Of a stretch of 64,000 bases of DNA, positions 13,524-27,748 are shown in pieces. The stretch is taken from positions 24,834,150-24,898,149 of the forward strand of contig NC_134026.1 in assembly GCF_964204645.1 (NCBI RefSeq). The letters run 5' to 3'. Position 1 is the first letter of the stretch, and each line of letters starts with the position of its first letter. The position numbers and the translations under genes were made by a program. The DNA is from Tubulanus polymorphus. Its lineage: Eukaryota > Animalia > Nemertea. The notes beneath the pieces were generated by a model. The model was not told the DNA's origin and ran no database searches. It saw only the letters and a program-made list of their open reading frames with translations.

Positions 13524-14809
13524 TCTTTGCCCGTAAGATTTGTGTTAATGCTAGGTTTTATTGTACATGTACAATTCATGCATATTTCACCAATTACCAC
13601 ATTTACTGTTGTCGCTTTATGTAAATCTGTTTATTCTACATCGAAAATGTATGCGTATTTAATGCGGACAAATGAAGCATTATAAACACAAGTATGTATG
13701 AAGCATCTTGAATGTTCTATTCTCAACATGTGTTGAAGTTCCTTGGCTTGTGAATTACTTTGCAATTCAATTACTTTATGTTGCTTACAATTTTATATTG
13801 GAATGAGGTACATGCGTACGAATGTTTACTTCATATACAATCATTAATGGTGATGAAGTAAAAGGTAATAAATCAGTTTGTATTTAAATACTAGTGGTTC
13901 TTATTTAGGATACTAGGAGTTTCGAATCATTTGGTCGTGTAGCTGGCATCTTAGTTTCTTCGTACATAAACAACATACATTTATTCACAATAATAAATTC
14001 TTTATGGTTTTAGATATTTGTTGCTCCTATCTCCACCACTGGCTCCTAGATGGATAAACAGTAGATCTTAATGAGATCATGGCCTAATTTCACAAAGCTT
14101 ATTTACTATCATTGAGTTAAGAGAAAAGAGGACACTTGTCATTTAGTAACAGTTGAGCCTCATTATTACAATTCTATTTGAGACAAAATCCATTTATTAC
14201 GATGATTTCCAAAATGTCCAGCTTAGATATTGATATTAATCAAGCTTTGGATAATACAAAACCCGTTTGATACGACAATTTCGCTTTTGCCCACAAGATT
14301 CATATAAATAAGGTTCCACTGTTGTCACACATTTATTTCCTGAAACTGGATCCAGTAAACTACCATCAACAAGAAGCTTCATTTTCTGAGAATTATATTA
14401 TAAAATGATATTTCAAGTAAATACATGTACTACAGTTACAATACATTCACAATAAGATAATCCAGTATTCATAATATTTGCAAATTCACCAAAAAATTAA
14501 AAACATGCATTAGACATAAATACAAGGTACGACCGAGTTACATGCAGACACAAATGGCAACACTTCATATAACGAATGAATTAAGAATCGGATGATCAAC
14601 AACGGCTTCATTAATTCAATGATATTGTATCGACAAAATATGCATATACTGTATTTCGTGAAAACACAGAACAAAGAAGTAACAGAACATCAACAAAAAC
14701 CTTTGCGTTAATGAGATCTAATTCAGTAACATTATTGAAATTATGCACAAGACATTAAATATTCTTGACATTTTACCAGCATTTACTACAAAAAAGAATT
14801 CATATCACA

Positions 14810-16100
14810 TCAACTAGCTAACCAAGGGTGCGACTGCAGTGAATCTTTATTTCGATCTCCATAATCATATAACAGTTCTTCACCTTTGGTTATGTTGCGT
14901 GCGGCTACTAAAATCAAGTATGGTCGTTCACCTATTGCTACTACCCGTGTCATACAGTTACCCATTTTACTACTGTGGTTTATAAGACGTCCTAATCGAC
15001 CGGATTCTTTTGTGGCATCGACACTACAAAAGATAACAATTTTCATACAGTAAGTATGATCTTAAGATTATTCGCACCGCTTAGAGAATAATGAAATTCT
15101 CATCAGAAAACTTACCAATAATTTTGGTTTTTATGTTTAAAGTAATACATGTAACATCCAATATCGGAGTTTTTCCCATATTCAACCTCTCTATCTTTGG
15201 CAACATTGAGATCGATCAGATCTCCGGCATACTCAACAACAAAATCCCCACGTTTAAAATCTTTATCTGCAACAACTCCGCGACCTTTCTGTGGAAATTC
15301 AATAACCTAAAAATAATCGAAAACATAATGTTTAGTCCAATTTGAAGCCCTGAAGTTTAGCAACCCCAGAACATATCAGGCTTACTTTCAGGCCTTCTTC
15401 TTTACCCTGCAAGATTGCATCCTCTATATCTAACTTATTTTGCTTCTATAAAACATCAAATAAAAAGACAAATGAATTCGAATTAAGACATTAGATATTT
15501 TGTAATCATCATCGATACTTCATTCTATAATTTACCTCAATGTCTGTTTTACATCTTCGGTCGCTTCTCCTTACAGGGAAATATTCAGTTAATTTATGAC
15601 TATCTAAATCTTTTTTCTTCCTGGTCGCAGTTTGTTTCACTTCACTCTTTACTACGAGTTCAGCTGGTTGCTCTTCAGTTGACAGAGGTTTCTTTCTCCT
15701 CCCTCCACGCCTTCGTCCCTTTTTGCCTTTTGTAACTGCTGCTGGTGTATCAAGCTTTGCTTGTTCAACTTCAGTGGAACTTGTTTTCACTGATTGTTCA
15801 GTTACAACTAATTTAACTGGAGTTTTTACTTCTGTAAAATTAAAACATTAGATCATTTCAATTCATTCGGTTGCAGTTGAATAGATAAATGACATTTTTC
15901 TAGTCATCAAAATCTAAAACAAATTTACTGATTTTACCTTCCAATTTAACGTCAGCCAGTTCCTTTTTCGTGGGTACATCGTCAGCCGACTTATCTTCTT
16001 CACCGGCGACAGCCTCGCTAATCGTTGGACTAGGAGGAAAGAAATCTGTGATTTTCTTTCGGTTTTTTGAACGCTTTCGAGGAGAAATATTTGACGCCAT
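14810..16100 (-). CDS. KMT5A: H4K20 monomethyltransferase SETD8/PR-Set7
   Basis: First in-frame ATG at 16100 (upstream in-frame TGA). PIP-degron HKLTEYFPVRRS. SET motifs VDATKESGRLGRLINHS and GEELLYDYGDR...HPWLAS*. Confidence 0.93.
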
Positions 16101-16725
16101 TCTGCAAATTTCTTCAACGTTAAGTATTTCTCTCACCTTTCAGCCCTAGCAATATAAACAATCAATATTTCATTTTAATTTGACTTGATCTGAACAAATT
16201 AGGAAATGTTCGCTGTTTTTGTAATTTGTGATCTCTATGACGATGACATTTGCTATGTTAGATTTTAAAACAATACATAAATGGTCAAAGCCAACAAAAC
16301 ATACCTTTCCCTGCTTTTAACTCGATAGCTTTGCAAAATAGTGGAAGAAAAACAAAATTTAAATGTGGCGCCACTGAGCTTATTTTAATCTTCGCGACAA
16401 ATCTCAAGGTCGTTGAGCACTTCGTTTATTTTATTTTATTTACTTCATAATTTTCAATGTTTTTCATTTACTTGACAAGTGCTCTAATTGATTAGGCTAG
16501 AATTGATCAATTTGTGGGCATCGTGTTAAAGAAATTCACCCATAACAAACGATTGCATGCATTGTGCCGGTTTAAAAAGTCGCTTCGAATGATTTTGCTC
16601 TGTGGGACTATATGGGACCTATTCACTGTCCTGGTGTGTGTTGTAGTATAATCTAAAAATCAATGTAATCACTTCGATCCAACAAAATATTTTTGCCAAA
16701 GGCTAAAGCAAGATCGATCATCATC

Positions 16726-19441
16726 ATGGATGAAAATGAACTTGATAGATTTAGAAAAGCTTGGAAAAATGAGATCCAAAAATGTACCAAGGACAAACCA
16801 GATGGATCAACACCTACTTCAAGTTCCGTGTCGGAATACGATAGGAAAGATCTTTCACTCCTTGATAGGGATAAATCTATGAATGAACAATTCCCTTCTA
16901 TTGGCATTGCAAATGGATTATTAGAAAAATGGATTTTAGACCCACAAGAATCACAAAATGGTGTACTCGCCTGTATTTCAACTGGAAAGAGAAAAATCGA
17001 CCAGATTGAACGTAGTCAACCTCCTCTCAAACGCAAACCTGAATCTGAACTTCTTGATCAACTGCTAGCTGATCTGGTAATAGTTGTCAATATTTTCTGA
17101 AAGTTATATCATGGGACTATTTCAATATTCAGTCAAACATTTTAATATGTTTCCTTTCGTCATAGGATGAGATAAATGAGATTCCATTTTTTGATCTGAC
17201 TGTTCCAAGAGAAGTTGCCATTCATATCTTCAAGCATCTTAGTATGTTTGATCTTTGTCAGTGTGCCAAGGTATATAGGACATGCATGCTTTCAGTAACA
17301 TGGTGTATTTATACATTTCATTTTATTCAAAAACCAATTATTTGCTTCATTAAAACAGGTCAGCGCTGCTTGGAGGCACATAGCTGAAGATGAATGGTTA
17401 TGGTGGAAAATCTGTGTGGAACTTGGCTTTGAAACTAAGCATGTAACAGCTGATAAAATGAACTGGAAATCTCTAGTTAGAGAAGCAGTCACAAGTCGAA
17501 ATAGTCTATTTCACAACTGGAAGGTATGTATACATTATGAACGGGTATTTGAACGTGCTACTGGTACTTATACCTTTATCCAACTGCCTTTATCTATGAT
17601 ATAGGCCTAGATGATATTCAATAATCCCATTGTTTTATAGAACAGAATTGGTAAAATTAGTTGTTTAGAACATTATCAAGGAGGAATACTTTGTGCTGTT
17701 GATTCGTTTAAAAGGACAGTTGTGGCAGCGTAAGTAAAAATTACAGTGCATTAGTTTCACATGAATTACCAGCAGATACAGAGTTATGAGCAAGTGTATT
17801 TTTAAAATCAAATTTTAGTTATACAAGTGGAGATGTTAAGCAATGGAATATTGACTCAGGCGATGCTTGTACATTCAAAGCTTCAAATACATCACTGGTC
17901 GTAGATGAACGTGTAGACCAAGGAACACTGAATAACTTTTCTACATCAGTTGCAATTGGAAATCATCACATTATTGCCGGTTATGAGCAAGGTAATCTGA
18001 CATGAAATGTTTCTAATGTAGCTAATTTGATTCATGACAGATACACAATGCTTTTGCTGCTGTTAAATCTAAATCTGTTGCTTGATTCAATGGTATTTGA
18101 TTTGAAGGTTATGTGGATATATGGAAAATGGATATATCATCACCTATCATCACTTACAGCGGAGATCACAGTATCAAACATGTTAGTGCTGCCAAATCAG
18201 AATCAATATTTGCTTCATGTTGGGACAGACACGTTCGTGTTGATTACATCGATGATACCACTTTACGAAATACTTATCACAGTAATCTAGGAGAAGTAGT
18301 GAGTGCTTTTGTGCTTGTAACTTATGATATTGAATGCATTGTTAATTTCGATATGTGATAGTTCATTCTATATCGTATGTTGTAGGTTAAACAAGTGAAA
18401 TTAGTACAGCGATCATCGACATCAGTATTTCGCTCGCATTGCGCTATAATATCGACAACATCTAAAGTTCATCTTCTAATACCGGGCCAAGATTCCTCAG
18501 TTTTACATGAACTGGCAGCATCTATGTTAACTTGTATGGATTGTTCAACTAGCGAAATGGCTTGCGGTGTCACTTCATATGGATTACTAAATGGATGCAA
18601 GGTATGCTTGTTTTGAAAAGATCATGCAATCATTCTTGAATATCTGCTATTCTTAGAATATAGATTTAACTGGATGAGTATTTACTGCAGATGTATGTTT
18701 ATTGTGTGTCAACTGGACGTCTCATTACTACTCTCAGAGGACATGGTTCATCTTGTATATCTGTAGTTGATATTTCAAGGGCTCCACCCCACATGATTGT
18801 AACTGGCAGCGTGGATAAAACGTATGTATTTAGTGAAACATTAAGAATTTCTTGTTGTTTGAAATGAAAATCAACTGATATTAGATAATCTTGCAGCTGC
18901 TGTGTGCATGACTTGCGTTGTGTAAAAACAGTAATGCAATTAAGAGGACACAGTCGAGCCATATCATCGGTACAAATGGATGATTGGAAAGTTGTTTCAG
19001 GAGCTGAGGATGGAATTGTCTGTATTCACGACCAACGAATGTCATCAAAGTTGTGGGAATATCATAATAGGTATGTATGAAAATTTGTGGATGTCATTGT
19101 TTGGAATGAAATTTTGACAAAGAATTAATTTGCTTCATTTAAATTTTGCTTCCTTTTTGCTAAATTTAATTCATACCTGGTACCTTAATCTTTTCAGCCA
19201 TCCAGTGCGTTACTTGAATTTCGATAAAGAAGTACTTTTATCAGGACATGTGCCCACTAGTAAGGAGCCATTAGTCGATGAACAGGACTGTGTTATGCAT
19301 AAACGCTACAGAGGAGTTATTCAGATGTATGACTTCTCGGCTTCTAGAGAAACTTTGGGCATACCATCGATTTGTATGTCAAAATATGATGAGCCACAAG
19401 GATACAATTATAACATTAAGCTAACTGTGCCATATGATTGA
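16726..19441 (+). CDS. FBXW8: F-box/WD40 protein FBXW8-like
   Basis: MDENELDRFRKAWKNEI, LLDQLLADLDEINEIPFFDLTVPREVAIHIFKHL (F-box), WD40 exons, and C-terminus SICMSKYDEPQGYNYNIKLTVPYD*. These match recalled FBXW8 N- and C-terminal signatures. Confidence 0.85.
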
Positions 19442-19900
19442 AATATTAATTGATGTGAATTATTTTTGTTAAAATTCTAGTCTACGAATTATTAGGGATG
19501 TTTTAAAAACTTATGTAAAAGCGTGTACATGTATTATGAAATTAAGTTTGTATCAATTGTTGCATTACTTTCGCAATACATATGTATAATATGCTATATA
19601 TGTATCATATGCTATATGTATATATTTATGAAAATATAATGGTATACTTTAGTGAAATATTGTTTTTTTTTTTGGTTGTCATTTCTCTACTTCTGTTTTA
19701 GATTATTCTGTATCAAATTGGTGGAGGAATGACATATTCTCAGTTCGTCAATTGGATAAGACTATACGAAAAGGAAAATTGAAAGGAGAAGGATTGATGT
19801 CACTTCGTCGCTTGCTCCTTATTCCAACTATTTTCGTGAAGCAATTATCCTTATTTGTATTATCGAGAATGCACCGCAAATTGGCAGAAGAAATTGAACT

Positions 19901-20102
19901 AGATAAAAGCAAAAATAACGCTTTTTATTCAAATATACATACCCATTTAACCTCTAAAAACTGCTTACATTGATAATAACACCGGGCCATCTCGGATAAA
20001 AACTGATACATTGTAACAAGTGTTTTTGATATCAAGGGTGCAGATAACTTGAAGTTTGTCCAGTTCATTGCGTCTGTATGGATTTGATAAACTGTTATAA
20101 AA
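19901..20102 (+). promoter_or_regulatory. Proximal promoter of LLTP copy A: TATA box plus clustered GATA motifs
   Basis: TATAAAA at 20096-20102, ~50 nt before the ATG. WGATAA at 19901, 19971, 20042 and 20085. Confidence 0.6.
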
Positions 20103-20149
20103 GACGACATTGAGTTTTATAGTTTCAAACGTCTTCGGAACAATCAAAG

Positions 20150-23100
20150 ATGAAGGTTGTTTTGTTGTGTATGATCGGAATCGGCCTTGCAAGTAAGTCA
20201 GTAATTATACCTGCATTGATATTTTGATAATCGTGAACTGTTTGAAACGGGAACTATTCGACTTTCTTTTAATGTTTACAGCCGGACTTCTGGAGGAATC
20301 GAGCAAGAGAGGTAGGTTCCGCATATGAGAAACGACTCAGTTACACATTTCAACCGAGGAGCAATCTTCCGACAAAACTTCAAAATTTCAACTATGCCAT
20401 TCTGTATTCGAATTCCCCAAATTCCTGATATTTTATCAAATACATGATCTCCATTTTTCACACACGTTTCAGTGTTTCAACCGAATCACGAATTTGTGTT
20501 TGATAATGAAGTGCAAATTGTCACTGGTCTTCCCGAACTTAGTCGTGCCTCGTCTGGTTTGAAAATCAGATCTGTGGTTCGTGTACAATTTCTGGAGGGC
20601 GATCGAGTAGTTTTGAAGGTATCTTTTTCAACTCTTATTTCTTCCACGGTTGCACTCGTTAGTTCCTCCCTGTATTTACTAAAAAGTTGACCAATTGTTA
20701 TGAGTGCCTTTAAAGTGATCGGAAATGTAAACGTATTGCAATTCTTCTTAAGATGACCGCACCACGTATCTACATATTGAATAGAGAAATTCCAACTCAT
20801 CAAACGATCTCTAGTCTGCTACCAGACAGAATCTTCATGGAACTTACTGAATCAATTGCTGAAAAGCTCCGAGCCGATTTGATCAAACCAGTATCATGCA
20901 GGTAGACCAGAATGTACAGCCGATGAGATATCTGTTGGAAGTATGGAATGTATGAAATAATCACTTAATTTTCGTTTCAGATTCGTTGATGGAGCCGTGA
21001 GTGACGTACATGTATCCGAGGGAGATGCCATTTGGTCAGTGAATATAAAAAAAGCACTTCTCAGCCTTTTACAAGTTGATCTCGAAGGAGAAAATACCAT
21101 AGCTGATCAGAACATCCACGCTCATTTATACAAAAAGTCCTTCTCCAAACATTCGGAATTTAAGGCTTTCAAAGTTATGGAGGTATCTTTCGATTTTTAG
21201 ATGTCTACTTTTAAAGATTTTGGACATTTTGAAAATGGCAACTTATTTGGTATCATTCGTTACAGGAAAGCACGGTTGGAAGCTGCGAAACGTTCTACAG
21301 TCAATGGGCGGCCCCAGTGATGTCTGGAGCTGATAGCGGATTGATGGTCGTGAATCTAACTAAAACTGTTGATCACAATCGTTGTTCAAGCGTTCCACTC
21401 ATGGAGAAATCCAATATCAAAGGACGCAACTGTAACGACATTCCGTGCGCAAATGTAAGAAGTGGACACAATTCATTTCCATGAATTACATTTTAGACAA
21501 TCCTTAATCTAAAGCTATTTAACTTAAAACAATTTGATTTCATATAGAAAGCATGGATCGTCAAACCAGGTACCACAATTCATTACAAATTGTACAAATC
21601 TGGCCGAAAATTTATGGTTGATACGGCTGAAGTCAGGAGTCAACTAGTTTTAAGTCCTGTCAATGATAAGATGGGAAGCATCACTACGTTCATACAGTAA
21701 GTATAGTGCGCTTTTTACTGCATCCATAATCAAACAGTTCTTATTTTAAACGTTGATTCTATGCCCCAATCTTTCAGTCAATCTACCAGACTTACTGCCA
21801 TTCACACTATCAGCAGACCGATCTCAGTGCCAACCATGAAACCTGCATCTGAAGGACTCAGAATGATCATACCTGGAATCATGGGGGCAACGGTTCCTAT
21901 GCAAGCACCATCGGCTACAGTCACCGAAGTATTATATTTTGAAGATATATAAATGTCCCCGAATAGATTGCAATTTTTACAAAACATGCATTTTCTGTTT
22001 AAAGATTGAAAGGATTATCCGCTTGATATCAGCATTACCTGAAACAGAGTTACCCAAACCTGAATGGATCATAACTTTGATCAAGGAATTGAGAAAATGC
22101 CCGCTCACTACCCTCAACAGCTTGATCAAACCTTATTTACAACCAAGCATTGAAAATCCCTCCCACATGAGAGTCAGGTTCGTATTTGGATAAGATGTGA
22201 TATGAAATGAGATTTGAAAAAGAGATAAACATTTTCTGAACGTAATGCAAATTTCTCTCAATATCAGACGTATTGTCTTAAACCTGCTGCCAACATTGAG
22301 AACTATGCCAGCTCTTCGACTGATCAAAGCAAGCATTCAAAGTCAACTGATCAAAGACGCCAGTGAAATGTCGTTCATCCTGAGTACCATTCCTGTTACA
22401 TATGAGCCTATGCCAGAATACATCACCGAGATATTGGTACAGTTCGCATCGTCTCCTTCATGGTGTTAACTTAAGATGATTTGATCTCATTTGTAGTTTT
22501 GTTTTACAGGCCATCTGCAAAGATCCATCGGTTATGAAGCAAGTACAACCAAAACAAACTTGTTGGTTGGCAGCGGGAGCTCTTATTCACCGATTAGTAA
22601 TCAGTAATCAGCCAAGACCTAGCTCATCCGACATCCATCAGAGACATTTTGGCAATATTCTTGTAGAAGGGCAGATCACAGCACAAAGATTGAATGCGCT
22701 GAAACGGCATTACAGCCAAGAGATCCTTGCTTTATTCCGCGCAGCTCAATCCGAACCTGAGCGTCTATTGGCACTGAAAGTAATCGGAAATTCTGGATTA
22801 GTTGAACTTGTTCCATACGTTGAGAAGACTATTGCTGACATGAATGCACCAAAAATCTTGCGCGTTAAGGCTATGTACGCGTTACCACAAATGGCAAAAT
22901 TCATTCCACGAAAGGTTGGCTAATGTAGTTCAGATTCAGCCGATCAAATTAAATCTGATGAATACATTTGTTTACTTAATTTATATTCGATTTTAGATCC
23001 AGTCAATTTTGATGCCATACCTGCTAAACCCCGTAGAACCGACGGAATTGAGAATTGCCGCTTACTCGATGATTATGGAAACTGAACCAGAGTTTGCGCT

Positions 23101-26100
23101 GATAGAGACTGTCGCCAATAATCTGCGCAAGGAGCAAAATCTCCATGTTGCCTCCTACATCTACAATCACATGAAACATGTTTCACGATCAACACAACCT
23201 TGCTATCAATCACTGTATGCAAAAGACCACTAGGCCTACATATTCTTGTTCCTGATAAATTTGAATGATTTAACTAATCCCTTTTATCTTCTTACAGAGC
23301 TGTGAAGTTAAAACGCGCTCTCCACTTCGCTAAACCAATTGCATTGAACATTCTATTGCCACAACGGATTCATCTTCCTTATAACTTTGGTAAAATACCA
23401 TCTGCTTCATCCTAATTCCTAATAATGAATCGTCAAAAAATTATATATCCTTTGATAACGATACCTGTTTATACATTTTCAGAAAAACTTGGTTTTTCTG
23501 CCGCGCTTGATATGACGCTAATCTCGACAACGAAATCATTCCTACCTCAATCTGGAAATATCAAGATAAAGACTTATATGCTGGGTCATTCTGTCGATCT
23601 TTTCTCTGTAAGTTAAATCGATTTTGCAATTACCTCAAGTAAGAAGGTTTATTTCAGTTATGTTTACGACTTTGAAAATTTGTATCTTATACAGGCTAGC
23701 TTATACACGGAGGGTCTTCAAAATATGTTAGAAAAACTGATAGGACCATACGGGTCCGTACACAAATCTAAATCAATTTTGGACGTTTTGAAACCACGAG
23801 GAAAACGTAGTATTTCTCCAGAAGATGAACTCAACAATATTAGAAACAAGGTATACTGTGCTCAAAGTATTAATTTTTAATGATAAAAAGGAAATATAGC
23901 AATGGGTTTTTTCTCAGGTGAATATGAAATCAGTGAAACAAGAAGAGTTCAAAGGTGCCATGTATGTCAGCATGTTTGGTCATGACCTGAGAATGTTCAC
24001 AATGGATAAAGAAGTGGTCCGTACTATTTTCGAATCCGGAAAAATTAGAATCGGCAATATTGAGTCTGAATTGAGAAATGGAAAATCATGGAATGTCGAA
24101 AAGACTATGGTTCTCGAAGATGCAATGGTTAAAGTCCCGACATTCGTTGGTCTGCCAGTTTCCCTGAATCTAACTGCATTGGCCCATCTCGAGTTGAAAA
24201 GTCAGGTGTCATTGAGAGTTGAACCAAGTATTTTTAAGGAAAAACGGACACAAGCAATGCCACAATTTGCCAAGGCCACAATTATTGCTAAACCTAAGTA
24301 ATTAATTAAATGTGACGTATCAAAATCGCTTTGAATGATAATTTGTTGATTGTAAGTTAAATGAACTGCCATTTCTTTTCCAAGTTTGGTTACTGATGTC
24401 GAGTTGACGATGGGAGTTGCCATTCCATTCTTGCGTGCTGGAACAAAAGCTACCGTTCAATTACTGAGTAATACTCCTATCAATGCTGAAGTCAAGTACA
24501 CATGGGCTACTAGAAAGATTGAAATTAGTGTTCCAACAATTCAACAGGTACCAACCAACTTCCAACTAACTACGTTTGAGATCTGTGGTGGAAACATCTC
24601 GCTTGGTTCATCTATGTATTCATATTTAGGAATTACGACTAATTGATCTTCATGTAAAACCAGTAACTTTTGTTGAGACGATCACACCTGGATACTCAGG
24701 AGCTCATAAATCTGTAGATATAAAAGATATCGTATCTCAGGGAAGCAATCCTGCATGGCAAATTCAACCTGAAAATCTATACTCCACTCAAAAGGTAGTT
24801 ATTCGCCATATTTACCGTATCAATCATTAGAATACTATTGATTAGATTTAATCCATTTCTTTCGTTCGGATTAGAAAACCATGTCGTTTGGAAAGAACTC
24901 ACTCGGAATTGAATTTGTTGCTGAAATAGAGGCAACGTCACGACCAGATGCTAGTCTCAGCGAGAAGATTTGCCCATGGACTGGAATGAAATCAATGCGC
25001 ATCTTCGCCCGTCCTGGTCACATGACACCGGAAAAGATCGTTATCGAATCAACCTGTAACCCATCTTCGGTACCAATGCAACAGTCGAGTCAATCAAGCC
25101 AATCCGGTGAATCAGAATCGACCGGTCAATCCAGTTGGTCATGGCTTTGGTCAACAAGTGGAGAGAAATCTGAAAGTACCGAAGATCAAATAAATCCAGC
25201 AGCCGGTTCTACACAATCCAGCTGGAAAAAAACCAATGTCGAAGCCGCCGTCAAAATAATGGGAATTAGAAATGGACAAACCGAACGATACGTTAAACTA
25301 GAAATGAACATTCATTCAGCGGGAGCTTTGACGAAGAATATCAGAGTGAACATCATCCGCAGTCCTCTTCCAAACTACGCAGCGACTCCATTTAAGGTAA
25401 ATCTATAGATGCATTTCAATGTATTTCTCATGTTTGAAATTTGAATATTTGATAGAAATGAACGATATGTTCATCAAAAATTTGTTTTAGATTTGTGCTA
25501 AAGGGGTTTATCGACATCCACAATTACCAGTTCCAACGTTTACGCAACCTCTACCAGCTAGCGAAATCAGCCGAACAATGACTTGGGAGTATATGTGGGG
25601 AGAGGAATGTACTGATAGCAAGAAGATCTGGATGCAGGTAACGAAAAGTTTTATAGTTTATACTCTTTATTTGACGCAATCATTGCATAAATCAATCGTA
25701 GGTGCACTCCATGCACCTCCAAATTAACAAGTAATCAAAGTATGATGATTTGTCTCAACAATATCAGATAGTGGTGGTTACAAGTATTTGAATTTAATCT
25801 AACATCGTAGGTGCATTTCGAGAAATCGCAAGAACAGCAAGAGTTCGAGCAGAAAAGATTGTTCGAAAGTTTACCGGAATATCAAATTTGTCAAAAGGAA
25901 AGACGCGCAGGAAGCATCCTAGCTCCATCATGTATGAGACTGAAGAAGTTCATGTATGCTTTGAATCAAATGAAAGTTGAGATTCACTATCCCATAACTG
26001 AGGTATGTTTTGTTTTTGTTTTGTGTGGAAATTCAAGGGGTTTTGAGTATAGATTTATCATATCTTTTTTTAAACATATTCAGGTTCCACTTCCTTTGTG

Positions 26101-27338
26101 GAGAGTTGCCCATGTTGCTCGTCACTACCTAAGAAACTGGCTGTTTGCCAGATCCTGGATCCGTGATACTGGAATTTCGAATACACCGGGACAGGTTGTG
26201 ATACATGCCAAGTTCTTGCCCGAAATGTACAAGGTAAGCCTCGATAAGCTTCTTTCTTCTTTTTGCTTTATGAAAAGCTACAAAATTGTGTGACCCCTCG
26301 AACAATGTTTGTTTCTAGACGTATTGGAAACTGCAAACACCAACAGCAGTAGAGGAATACAGCCACATCCCAATGATGTTCGACCCTACGGCCCTAATAC
26401 CCTCCAGCCATCCGTACGAGTATAATGTTCTGTGGAAACACCTTTCTAACTTCCGATTACCCGCTAAATGTCAACTGACCGCAGCTAATGAAGTGATGAC
26501 GTTTGATGGAATGTTCGCTAAGGTTCCTTCGGTTCCGTGTGAAATGGTTCTTGCAGCTGATGCAACTCCACAACCGAAAATGGCTGTCACTGCTACAATC
26601 GTTCCGCAATCAAATATGAAGGTAACCATTTTCATTGTTAATTTGAATATTGTGATGAGAGTTTCATTAATGGATAATGAATAAGTTTCATTAAGTTGAT
26701 GGCTATATTTTTGGAAATTTGAATTTCGTTTCAGATAGTGAAGGTGATTGTTGATGGACGTATTATCGTTGTTCGTCCATCCCAAAGTTCAACGGTTTCC
26801 CCTGTTATAGAAATCAATGGTGAACCAATATCTATCCTCAGAGAACAAACATTCATCATCCGCCGTCAACCGAATAATCCTAGGTAACCTTCATCAATTA
26901 TTTCGTCGTGTGTCTTAGCTTCCGTGATGACACAGAGTAGTTCGATTGTTCGATTGTCTTTCTTTCAGCTCTAGGATTATCTTGTCAATTCGAATCAGTA
27001 AAGCTGGTGTCGTCGTCATCAACAGCCAAATTTCCCTACTTACCGTAAAAACAAACCTCAAGGACGTAATTGTTAAAGTAAATAAATTTCTTATTCTATT
27101 GTGCTTTCATTCCAAACTTAATTGTTTCATATTAACCGATGTTGAATATTGTTTTTTGTAGCCTTCGCCATTCTGGTTCTCGAACATCAGAGGTTTGTGC
27201 GGAGATTTCAATATGGAGAAAACGGCTGACATGAGTAAACCAACCGGTGAACCTGTCTGGAAACCAGAAGTCTTTGTGCATAGCTGGTTTTTGCCAAGTC
27301 AGCGTTGCACTGTAGCTCCAGTTGCACCCGCCATGTAA
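20150..27338 (+). CDS. Vitellogenin-like large lipid transfer protein, copy A (~26 exons, roughly 1,600 aa by hand count)
   Basis: Signal peptide MKVVLLCMIGIGLA. Vitellogenin_N motifs (WSVNIKKALLSLLQ, ESTVGSCET, ALKVIGNSG, ELRIAAY, EQNLHVASY, SFLPQS). RGKR site, Ser-rich tract, VWD (VMTFDG, RGLCGDFN). Stop at 27336-27338, AATAAA at 27467. Confidence 0.9.
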
Positions 27339-27748
27339 ATCGAAGGCAGTCAATGGATTCAAGGCGGATGTGACTTATTCTCTTTCCTTTTCGAATTTGA
27401 TCAGTTGTGAAATACACTATTCTTCTGCCAAAAAGATTATCCAACGTTATACGATTTTTATGGGTTAATAAATTCATTTCATATCCTTATCCTCATGCGT
27501 CGAATATTCATATTTTTGAATTAATGCAGCTCATCCAAGAATTCATTTACGGTACAATAGCTACAGGAAAATTTAGTACGTTATCATCGAACTCGACTGG
27601 CGAAAATACAAAGTAATTGAAGCTGTGGATATATCTCTAGAAAATCCTTTATTCCGTACGATTGCAAATAGACAAACAAGATGCGATGTATTAGAAATAC
27701 AATGGTTTACGATGTAATGCCGATTCGTTTCACCAATAGTTCCCATCG

